Positions 1-7,200 of a stretch of 8,082 bases of DNA are shown here, one piece after another. This DNA is from a virus (Duplodnaviria; Heunggongvirae; Uroviricota; Caudoviricetes), in IMG/VR virus record IMGVR_UViG_2548876962_000007, one strand, 5' to 3'. The stretch's first letter is position 1, and every line of letters begins with the position of its first letter. The position numbers and the translations under genes were made by a program. The notes below the pieces were generated by a model. The model worked only from the letters and a program-made list of their open reading frames with translations. It was not told where the DNA came from and did no database searches.

Positions 1-639
1 TACGGTAACCCGCAGGCCACCCAGAAAATGCTGGATGATGCCTTTTTCAACGTGGAGGCCTGGATCAACAGCGAGCTGGCAACCGAATTTGCCGAACAGG
101 AAGAAATTGCCTTTACCACCGGCGATGGTACCAAGAAGCCGAAAGGGTTCCTGGCGTATGAATCCACTGATGAAACCGACAAGGTCCGGGCATTCGGCAA
201 ACTTCAGCATATTGTATCCGGCGAAGCGACGGCAGTGACTGCAGATGCCATTATCAAACTGATTTACACGCTGCGTAAGGCACACCGCACCGGCGCGAAG
301 TTCATGATGAACAACAACAGCCTGTTTGCCATTCGTCTGCTGAAAGACACCGAGGGTAACTATCTGTGGCGTCCGGGGCTGGAGCTGGGGCAGCCGTCCT
401 CTCTGGCGGGTTACGGTATCGCTGAAAACGAACAGATGCCGGATATTGCCGCTGATGCGAAAGCCATTGCATTTGGTAACTTCAAACGGGGTTACACCAT
501 CGTTGACCGTATCGGTACCCGCATTCTGCGTGACCCGTACACCAATAAACCGTTTGTCGGTTTTTATACCACCAAGCGCACTGGCGGCATGCTGGTCGAT
601 TCGCAGGCCATCAAACTGCTGAAGATTGCAGCGGCGTAA
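1..639 (+). CDS. Major capsid protein, HK97 family, C-terminal portion (5' end lies upstream of the window)
   Basis: The reading frame is open from base 1 with no stop; the ORF track lists only the part from the first internal ATG (28). The translation resembles the C-terminal region of HK97-family major capsid proteins as I recall them. Stop TAA at 637-639. It sits at the head of a canonical head-to-tail gene order. Confidence 0.85.
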   Translation, partial: YGNPQATQKMLDDAFFNVEAWINSELATEFAEQEEIAFTTGDGTKKPKGFLAYESTDETDKVRAFGKLQHIVSGEATAVTADAIIKLIYTLRKAHRTGAKFMMNNNSLFAIRLLKDTEGNYLWRPGLELGQPSSLAGYGIAENEQMPDIAADAKAIAFGNFKRGYTIVDRIGTRILRDPYTNKPFVGFYTTKRTGGMLVDSQAIKLLKIAAA

Positions 640-645
640 TCATTC

Positions 646-674
646 AGGGGGCGCAGAAGTGCGCCCCTGTTCTG
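646..674 (+). terminator. Stem-loop just downstream of the capsid gene; possible partial terminator or mRNA-stabilising hairpin
   Basis: Perfect 7-bp GC-rich inverted repeat GGGGCGC (648-654) / GCGCCCC (661-667) around a 6-nt loop AGAAGT. The downstream sequence TGTTCTG is only weakly U-rich, so this is not a textbook intrinsic terminator. Confidence 0.35.
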
Positions 675-689
675 ACAGGTGAAAGAATC

Positions 690-878
690 ATGATCCTGAA
701 ACAAGATCTGAAATGGTCACCGGACGGTATACGTGTTGAGATTATTCGGGCCGGTGAGTATGAAGATAAAGAATTACCCGAACGGGTACGCGAAATTGCC
801 ATTGCAGCTGGGATTGTCTCTGATAAGAGAACACCTGTTGCGCGGGGGGCTGATAAGTCTAAAAAACAGCATTCATAG
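690..878 (+). CDS. Small hypothetical protein (62 aa) between the capsid and connector genes
   Basis: ATG at 690 preceded by a purine-rich stretch (AGGTGAAAG, 677-685). It fills the gap between the capsid and connector genes on the same strand, and its stop TAG (876-878) lies just before the next gene's RBS. The product is charged and has no recognisable motif. It could instead be a non-coding spacer. Confidence 0.5.
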   Translation: MILKQDLKWSPDGIRVEIIRAGEYEDKELPERVREIAIAAGIVSDKRTPVARGADKSKKQHS

Positions 879-889
879 AGGTTGCCCAA

Positions 890-1195
890 ATGATGCCCAC
901 TCTGGAAGAGCTTCGTGTTCAGTGCCGGATTGATGATGACAATGAACAGGAGAATTCTCTTCTTATGATGTATCTGGCTGCCGCCAGGGAAGAGGCTGAA
1001 AAGTTTTTAAACCGGACGCTTTACGATGAAACTGTTTCTGAGCAGGATGCGACCGGGCTTGTAATAACACCTCTGATAAAACTGCGTCTTATGCAACTGG
1101 TTGGCTACTGGTACGAGAACAGGGAAATGCAGGATGCAGTGCCTGATTTTTTCTATACCGGACTGCGGATGTATCGGTTTCATCCCGGAACATAG
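890..1195 (+). CDS. Head-tail connector protein (phage gp6-like, Phage_connect_1 type)
   Basis: 101 aa. RBS AGAGG at 877-881, 8 nt before the ATG. The translation contains a ...LVGYWYENRE... stretch typical of gp6-like connector/adaptor proteins, and the size and position (after the capsid gene) fit. Confidence 0.8.
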   Translation: MMPTLEELRVQCRIDDDNEQENSLLMMYLAAAREEAEKFLNRTLYDETVSEQDATGLVITPLIKLRLMQLVGYWYENREMQDAVPDFFYTGLRMYRFHPGT

Positions 1196-1203
1196 GAGGA
1201 TTC

Positions 1204-1542
1204 ATGCAGGCAGGAAGATTACGTGATCGTGTGGTTATTCTGAATGCCACCACCGTTCGGTCTCCATCAGGGCACCCTGTGGAAACAATGACGGAGGGGG
1301 CAACCATATGGGCAGAAGTTAAGGGGATCAGTGGCAGGGAGAGAATATCCGGAGGCGCAGAAACTGCTCAGGCTACAGTGAGGGTCTGGATGAGATTCCG
1401 GCGAGATGTGACAGCAACTTCATGTCTGAAAGTGCTGACTGGTGCATTCAAAGGCGCGATTCTGAGTATAGACGGTCCGCCGATACCGGATGCCCGTGCC
1501 ACCCGGCTTGAGATACTCTGTTCTCAGAAGGGGAATGTGTGA
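1204..1542 (+). CDS. Head closure / head-tail joining protein (SPP1 gp16-like, Phage_H_T_join type)
   Basis: 112 aa. RBS AGGAGG immediately upstream (about 1194-1199). N-terminal ...RLRDRVVI... and the overall size are typical of the family. Its stop TGA (1540-1542) shares a base with the next gene's ATG. Confidence 0.8.
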   Translation: MQAGRLRDRVVILNATTVRSPSGHPVETMTEGATIWAEVKGISGRERISGGAETAQATVRVWMRFRRDVTATSCLKVLTGAFKGAILSIDGPPIPDARATRLEILCSQKGNV

Positions 1543-1988
1543 TGGATTTCAGTCTTGATTTTTCAGGTCTGGCGGATATTGCACGGGATCTGGAGACGCT
1601 CAGCAGGGCAGAAAATAATAAGGTACTGCGCGATGCCACCCGTGCCGGTGCTGAAGTTATGCGGGATGCAGTTGTTGAACGTGCGCCGGAGCGAACCGGG
1701 AAACTGAAGAAAAATGTGGTTGTTCTCACTCAGCGTTCAAAGCGTCGGGGGGAAATTATCTCGGGTGTCCACATTCGTGGACGGAACCTGCGAACCGGAA
1801 ACAGTGATAACAGCATGAAAGCCAGCGATCCCCGAAATGCGTTTTACTGGCGCTTTGTGGAGCTGGGAACGATAAACATGCCCGCGCATCCGTTCATTCG
1901 CCCGGCTTTCGATACGACAGAGGAACTGGCAGCACAGATTGCCATACAGCGAATGAATCAGGCTATTGATGAGGTCTTAAGTAAATGA
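1542..1988 (+). CDS. HK97 gp10-family neck / tail-completion protein
   Basis: About 148 aa from ATG 1542 (the ORF track starts one codon earlier, at GTG 1539). RBS AAGGGGA at 1528-1534. N-terminal ...DFSLDFSGLADIARDLE... is typical of the HK97 gp10 family. The TGATG junction with the upstream gene suggests translational coupling. Confidence 0.8.
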   Translation: MDFSLDFSGLADIARDLETLSRAENNKVLRDATRAGAEVMRDAVVERAPERTGKLKKNVVVLTQRSKRRGEIISGVHIRGRNLRTGNSDNSMKASDPRNAFYWRFVELGTINMPAHPFIRPAFDTTEELAAQIAIQRMNQAIDEVLSK

Positions 1989-2329
1989 GAGAGACCACAC
2001 TGTATTCCCTGCTGTCTCAACTGGCCGGAGGACAGGTTTATCCTTATGTGGTCCCGCTGACGGAGGGAAAGCCTGCGGTATCTCCGCCATGGCTGGTGTT
2101 TTCTGTGGTGTCTGACACGGCATCTGATGTGCTTGATGGTCAGGCTGAATCAAGAATTACCGTGCAGATCGATGTCTGGGCGACAGTACCTGATGACGCA
2201 GATGATATCCGTGAGCAGGCGCTTGATGCGGTAAGGCAACTGGCACCCTCCGTTATTTCTAAAACGCAGGGTTATGATCCTGATTCCCGTCTGAGCAGAG
2301 CCACGCTTGAATTTCAGGTAATAGCCTGA
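1985..2329 (+). CDS. DUF3168-like protein, probable tail terminator / tail completion protein
   Basis: 114 aa. ATGA start/stop overlap with the upstream gene (ATG 1985-1987, TGA 1986-1988). It occupies the position immediately upstream of the major tail gene that tail-terminator proteins usually hold. The family assignment is from memory of sequence character and is moderate. Confidence 0.7.
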   Translation: MRETTLYSLLSQLAGGQVYPYVVPLTEGKPAVSPPWLVFSVVSDTASDVLDGQAESRITVQIDVWATVPDDADDIREQALDAVRQLAPSVISKTQGYDPDSRLSRATLEFQVIA

Positions 2330-2349
2330 GATCGTTAATGATTTTACCC

Positions 2350-2377
2350 ACCCGCCGCTGGCGGGTTTTTTTATTTT
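2350..2377 (+). terminator. Intrinsic-terminator-like hairpin between the tail completion gene and the major tail gene
   Basis: Stem CCCGCC (2351-2356) / GGCGGG (2360-2365) with a short loop and an extra A-T pair (2350/2366), followed by seven Ts (2366-2372) and TTTT (2374-2377). Confidence 0.5.
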
Positions 2378-2389
2378 CAGGAGACGAGT

Positions 2390-3094
2390 ATGTCCTCTAA
2401 TTTTGAACGTTCTCAGCAGACCAAAGTCATGATCTCGTCTGCACCGGTAACGGCAGAAACGCTGAGTTCTGCCAGTTTTCTTGAACTGAGCTGTACGATT
2501 AAAGAGGTTCAGTTTACCGCCGGGCAGAAACAGGATATTGATGTCACCACGCTGTGTTCTGTTGAGCAGGAAAATATTAATGGTCTTGGTGCCGCGTCAG
2601 AGATTTCCATGTCAGGCAACTTTTATCTGAATGCTGCCCAGAACGCGTTGCGCAGTGCCTATGACAATGACACCACGTATGGCTTTAAAGTTATTTTTCC
2701 GTCAGGCAACGGATTTACCTTTATGGCAGAGGTGCGTCAGCATACCTGGTCTGCAGGAACCAATGGAGTTGTGGCTGCAACGTTTTCCCTGCGCCTGAAA
2801 GGTAAACCTGTACTGACGACAGATCCACTGAAAGTGAAGGTCGATTTAAACAGCACGCTGCAGGTTTCTGCCGGAGCGAAACTCGAAATGGTGGTTGAGG
2901 CTGCCGGTGGTGTGCCGCCTTATTCTTATGTCTGGAAGAAAGGTGGTTCTCCTGTTTCCGGACAGACGGCGGCAACGTTCAGTAAGGCATCAGCAGCATC
3001 CGGTGATGCCGGTGCGTATACCTGCGAGATTTCTGATTCAGCAAGCCCGGTTAGCAAGGTGACCTCCACTTCCTGCACTGTTACCGTCAGTTAA
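2390..3094 (+). CDS. Major tail (tube) protein, lambda gpV-like, with a C-terminal Ig-like domain
   Basis: 234 aa. Strong RBS AGGAG (2379-2383) 6 nt before the ATG. The N-terminal two-thirds is tail-tube-like (...YGFKVIFPSGNGFTFMAEV... parallels the lambda gpV segment ...AYKIRFPNGTVDVFRG... as I recall it). The C-terminal roughly 90 aa (...PPYSYVWKKGG...GDAGAYTCEISDS...) has the character of an Ig-like domain. Confidence 0.85.
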   Translation: MSSNFERSQQTKVMISSAPVTAETLSSASFLELSCTIKEVQFTAGQKQDIDVTTLCSVEQENINGLGAASEISMSGNFYLNAAQNALRSAYDNDTTYGFKVIFPSGNGFTFMAEVRQHTWSAGTNGVVAATFSLRLKGKPVLTTDPLKVKVDLNSTLQVSAGAKLEMVVEAAGGVPPYSYVWKKGGSPVSGQTAATFSKASAASGDAGAYTCEISDSASPVSKVTSTSCTVTVS

Positions 3095-3480
3095 TGAGGA
3101 TAGATGTGATGACTAAAAATATCCGTAATCTGGCACTGGCAACGATGTCGGGGTTTCGCCATAAAACTGTTGATGTGCCTGAATGGGAAGGGGCAACGGT
3201 TGTATTACGGGAACCTTCTGCAGAAGCCTGGTTGCGCTGGCAGGAGATCGTTAAAGCAAAAGATGATGAGACACCGTTATCCGTTGCGGAGCGCGCCCGC
3301 CGAAATCTGGAGGCAGATGTTGAACTGTTCATTGATGTTCTGTGTGGTACCGGACTGCAACCTGTATTTTCAGAGGATGATCGTGAACAGGTGATTGCCG
3401 TGTATGGCCCGGTGCATGCGCGGCTTCTTCGGCAGTCTCTGGAACTGATCAGTGATGCCGGTGAGGTTAAAAAAAAGTAG
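3094..3480 (+). CDS. Tail assembly chaperone, lambda gpG-like (short product)
   Basis: 128-aa ORF immediately upstream of the tape measure region, ending ...GEVKKK-stop with a slippery A-run at its 3' end. The start is ambiguous: ATG 3094 overlaps the upstream stop (TAATG) but has no obvious RBS, whereas ATG 3109 has GAGGA 8 nt upstream. Confidence 0.8.
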   Translation: MRIDVMTKNIRNLALATMSGFRHKTVDVPEWEGATVVLREPSAEAWLRWQEIVKAKDDETPLSVAERARRNLEADVELFIDVLCGTGLQPVFSEDDREQVIAVYGPVHARLLRQSLELISDAGEVKKK

Positions 3481-3782
3481 CGCTTCCGGGGATGCGTTTT
3501 CTGATGATGCTGGCGCTCAGGATGGGGCGCACATTGTCAGAGTTACGCCGGGAAATGTCAGCATCAGAAATCATGATGTGGGCAGAATTTGACAGGTTCA
3601 GCCCGCTGGGGGACGAGCGGGCTGATATCCGGGCTGCCCAGATAGTTTCTGCGGTTTACGGTGCGCAGGGTGTCAAAGTCCCACTGAATGATGCGCTTCT
3701 TCAGTGGGAGCATGATTCAGAAGAAAATAAATGCGATGATCCATTTATTGGATTAGAGGTTGCTCTAATGTCTTCACTATAA
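3094..3782 (+). CDS. Tail assembly chaperone frameshift fusion product, lambda gpGT-like (-1 frameshift at 3471-3477)
   Basis: The downstream ORF (track 3492-3782) is in the -1 frame relative to the chaperone ORF, has no RBS of its own, and its frame opens exactly at the slippery site. The arrangement and position immediately before the tape measure gene match the conserved G/GT chaperone pair of long-tailed phages. Predicted fusion is about 229 aa. Confidence 0.7.
3471..3477 (+). promoter_or_regulatory. Programmed -1 ribosomal frameshift slippery heptamer A AAA AAG (G/GT type)
   Basis: The last two codons of the chaperone ORF are AAA AAG (3472-3477), preceded by A at 3471, i.e. the X XXY YYZ heptamer A AAA AAG. 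The -1 frame has a stop at 3468-3470 and is then open from 3471 through to 3782. A -1 slip here therefore reads ...KK then V-A-L-P-G-M-R-F-L... into the 3492-3782 ORF. Confidence 0.7.
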
Positions 3783-3840
3783 GATAATTTTTTAATCGTT
3801 TTGAAATTGAATGCTTAACTCAAAGTCAGGAGGATTAATC

Positions 3841-4182
3841 ATGAGAAAATCAGTGGTGACATTAGCTTGTTTGTTTTTTATTAGTGCATGTAAACCATCA
3901 GATAATTATGTTATTTCTTTAGGGGAAAACTTAGTTAAAGATAAGCTTATTGATCCTGATAGTGCAAAATTTAATTCTTTTTTTCATAAGTCAGGTGATT
4001 TATATGGTTATGTTTGTGGGGATGTTAATTCAAAAAACACGTTTGGTGGATATACAGGGAAAAAGCCATATTTTGTTTATTTGGAAGTTGTGGATGGAAA
4101 AGTTAAGAGTCATGGGACTGTAACAATTGTTAATGATCATGATCCAAGCAGTATGGAAAAATATAAGTTGTTTTGCCAATAA
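3841..4182 (+). CDS. Predicted lipoprotein of unknown function (moron, about 113 aa) inserted between the chaperone and tape measure genes
   Basis: Strong RBS AGGAGG (3828-3833) 7 nt before ATG 3841; the track's ATG 3811 has no RBS. N-terminus MRKSVVTLACLFFISAC-KPSD is a positively charged n-region, hydrophobic core and lipobox I-S-A-C. GC content is about 30% by my hand count, far below the flanking structural genes. A terminator follows directly. I do not recognise a known family. Confidence 0.75.
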   Translation: MRKSVVTLACLFFISACKPSDNYVISLGENLVKDKLIDPDSAKFNSFFHKSGDLYGYVCGDVNSKNTFGGYTGKKPYFVYLEVVDGKVKSHGTVTIVNDHDPSSMEKYKLFCQ

Positions 4183-4192
4183 TTATCATCTT

Positions 4193-4217
4193 AAAAAACC
4201 GCAGAAGCGGTTTTTTT
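4193..4217 (+). terminator. Intrinsic terminator downstream of the lipoprotein moron
   Basis: AAAAAACCGC (4193-4202) / GCGGTTTTTT (4207-4216) around the loop AGAA, followed by a run of seven Ts (4211-4217). It lies 11 nt after the lipoprotein stop. Confidence 0.55.
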
Positions 4218-4231
4218 ATGGGGTAAAGTAA

Positions 4232-7200
4232 ATGGCGACATTACGTGAACTGATTATTAAAATATCGGCAAACTCCCGGTCATTCCAGTCAGAGATCTCC
4301 CGGGCTTCGCGTTTGGGGCAGGATTACTACCGCACCATGCAGAACGGAGGCCGGCAGTCCGCTGCGGCATCCCGTGAAATGCGGCGTGCACTGGCAGAAG
4401 TGACGGATCAGATAAATACAGCTAAATCTTCGGCACTGAATATGGCGGGGGCATTTGCCGGAGCTTTTGCTACCGGTCATCTTATTTCTCTCGCCGATGA
4501 GTGGAATTCAGTAAATGCCCGTCTGAAGCAGGCCTCACAGTCCAGTGATGATTTTCAGGCATCACAGCGTGAATTAATGGCGATCAGCCAGAGAACGGGG
4601 ACGGCGTTTTCTGATAACGCCAGCCTTTTTGCCCGTTCTGCAGCTTCCATGCGGGAGTATGGTTACAGTTCTGAGGAGGTACTGAAAGTCACCGAGGCGA
4701 TCTCCACGGGCCTGAAATTATCCGGTGCCAGTACAGCAGAAGCCAGTTCGGTGATCACGCAGTTCAGTCAGGCTCTGGCGCAGGGAGTGCTGCGTGGTGA
4801 AGAGTTTAACTCGGTGAATGAGAACGGCGATCGTGTTATTCGTGCGCTGGCTGCGGGAATGGGAGTTGCCCGTAAGGATCTGAAGGCCATGGCGGATAAC
4901 GGAAAACTGACCGCCGATAAGGTTGTTCCTGCACTGATTAGTCAGCTTGGGGCATTACGTGATGAATATGCGGCAATGCCTGATACGGTTTCATCCTCTG
5001 CAACCAAAGTTGAAAACGCCTTTATGGCCTGGGTTGGTGGTGCGAACGAGGCAAGCGGAGTGACGAAGACGCTCTCCGGTGTGCTGAATGGTATTGCAGG
5101 CAATATTGACACCGTGGCAACCGCTGCCGGTGCTCTGGTTGCCGTCGGGGTAGCCCGATATTTTGGCAATATGGCGTCTTCTGCTGGTTCTGCAACTGCC
5201 GGGCTAATCACTGCGGCCAGAAACGAAGTGGCTCTTGCGGAAGCGCAGCTCCGGGGGACGCAGATAGCAACCGCCAGGGCGCGTGCGGCAGTTTATCGTG
5301 CGCAACAGGCGGTTGCTGCTGCTCGCGGTACCGAAAGGCAGGCAGCCGCAGAATCGAAACTGGCTGCTGCCCAGGCGTCACTTACCCGTAATATTGCGGC
5401 CAGAACAGCAGCACAGACAACGCTGAATACTGTCACGTCAGTGGGAAGTCGTCTGTTAAGTGGAGCACTGGGACTGGTTGGTGGGGTGCCGGGGCTTGTC
5501 ATGCTGGGGGCCGCGGCCAGGTACACGATGTATCAGAATCAGGAGCAGGCCAGAGAATCTGCACGCCAGTATGCCGCAACAATCGACGAAATTCGCCAGA
5601 AAACGTCGGCAATGTCACTTCCTGAAGCGGCAGATAATGAAGAAAAGACGCGACAGGCTCTGGAGGAGCAGAATCGCCTGATTGGTGAGCAGGAAGGAAA
5701 GATTCGTGGACTGAAAAATCAGATTGCAGATTATCAACGCTGGCTTGATGAAAGTCCGCAGAGTGGTTCGGGTGCTGAAATCATCCTTAAAGGGCTTGCC
5801 GAAGCAACAAATCAACTGGCAGTTGAACAATCCCGTCTCACTCAAATGCAGGGCAAAGCGCAATCCATTCAGGATGTGCTTGCCGGGCTGGAGGAGCGCC
5901 GGGTGGCGTTGATCCGTCAACAGGCAGCGGAACAAAACAAAGCGTATCAGTCCCTGTTGATCATGAATGGGCAGCATACCGAGTTTAATCGCCTTCTCGG
6001 GCTCGGTAATGAATTACTTCAGCAGCGACAGGGGCTGGTGAATGTACCATTACGGCTGCCACAGGCAACCCTGGATGATAAACAGCAGACCGCGCTGAAT
6101 AACAGCGAGCGCGAACTGGCTCTGTCCCGCCTGAAGGGGGAAGCCCGTGAGCGTGCCCGCCTGGGTTATGCTGCGGATGATCTCGGCTTTGTGGGAGAGG
6201 CGTATCAGACAGCCAGACAGAATTATATCAATAACTCACTGGATGCCTGGCGAAATAACCAGGCAAATAAACCCAAAGCGCATAAAAAGACCGAAGCGGA
6301 AAAAACAGAAGATATTTATAAACGGCTGATTAAACAGCAAAAAGAACAGATAGCACTGGCAGGGCAGAATACTGAACTGGCTAAGATGAAATATCAGGTC
6401 AGTCAGGGCGAATTATCAACCCTGTCAGAAGCGCAGAAAAAAACGCTTTTACAGAATGCAGCACTCATCGACCAGAAAAAGATTCGTGAGCAGCTTGCCG
6501 CGTATGAAAGCAGTCTGGCGGACAGTAATGCCAGTGCCCGGGCATCTGACGACGCGCAGTTGCTGGGATATGGTGAAGGCTCACGGATGCGTGAACGACT
6601 CCAGGAAATGTGGAGTATCCGGCATGAGTTTGAGCAGAAAAATAACGAGCTGCTGAGACAGTATCAGGCCGGAGAAATTGAAGAAGCCCTGTGGAAACAG
6701 GAAAAATCGCTGAATGAAAAATATCTGGAAGAGCGTCTCAGCGATCAGCAGGATTATTATGCAAAGGCTGATGCTTTACGCAGTGACTGGAATGCCGGCC
6801 TCCAGGAGGGACTGACGAACTGGGCAGACAGTGCCACCGATTATGCTTCGCAGGCGGCAGATGCTGTCGTTTCCACTATGGACGGGCTGGTATCAAATAT
6901 TTCCGATGCACTGGCCGGAAATGTTGTGGACTGGAGAAACTGGGGGAGTTCAATTCTCCAGGAAGTTTCAAAAATTCTGATGAACGCTGCCATCGTTAAC
7001 GGGCTGAAGTCACTTTCCAAAAGCATGTCCGGTGCCGGAGGATGGCTTGGTACGGTCGGCGACTGGCTTTCCGGTGCAGTGGCAAACGCAAAAGGTGGTG
7101 TTTACACATCGGCAAATCTGAGTGCTTACAGTAACACTATTGTGGATACACCGACGTATTTTGCTTTTGCGAAAGGTGCCGGGCTGATGGGCGAGGCCGG

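Noticed and set aside
35-238. 67-aa ORF in an alternative frame within the capsid gene
   Set aside because: It overlaps the capsid reading frame, which has clear family character; its own translation is Pro/Arg-rich nonsense typical of an out-of-frame read.
644-1307. ORFs 644-889 (-), 733-933 (+) and 1089-1307 (-) overlapping the small ORF, connector and head closure genes
   Set aside because: They are antisense or out of frame relative to better-supported same-strand genes with RBSs and family character.
2611-2710. Exact 10-nt direct repeat GTCAGGCAAC at 2611-2620 and 2701-2710 within the major tail gene
   Set aside because: Both copies are in the same codon phase and encode Ser-Gly-Asn in a Gly/Asn-rich protein; a short in-gene repeat of this kind is most likely coincidental or a small duplication, not a regulatory site or CRISPR-like repeat.
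1448-3394. ORFs 1448-1729 (-), 2721-2975 (-), 3087-3332 (-) and 3170-3394 (+) overlapping the neck, major tail and chaperone genes
   Set aside because: They are antisense or alternative-frame ORFs inside confidently assigned genes, with no start signals.
3492-3782. The 96-aa ORF as an independent gene initiated at ATG 3492
   Set aside because: It has no RBS, lies in the -1 frame of the upstream chaperone ORF, and that frame opens exactly at a slippery heptamer; a frameshift fusion is the more likely explanation.
3811-3840. Upstream ATG at 3811 as the lipoprotein start (track ORF 3811-4182)
   Set aside because: It has no RBS and would put 10 extra residues (MLNSKSGGLI) ahead of the signal peptide; ATG 3841 has a perfect AGGAGG at ideal spacing and gives a canonical lipoprotein signal.
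5615-5977. 120-aa ORF on the minus strand inside the tape measure gene
   Set aside because: It lies entirely antisense to a long, clearly coding gene, has no RBS, and its translation is low-complexity. Antisense ORFs of this kind are common in GC-rich coding sequence.
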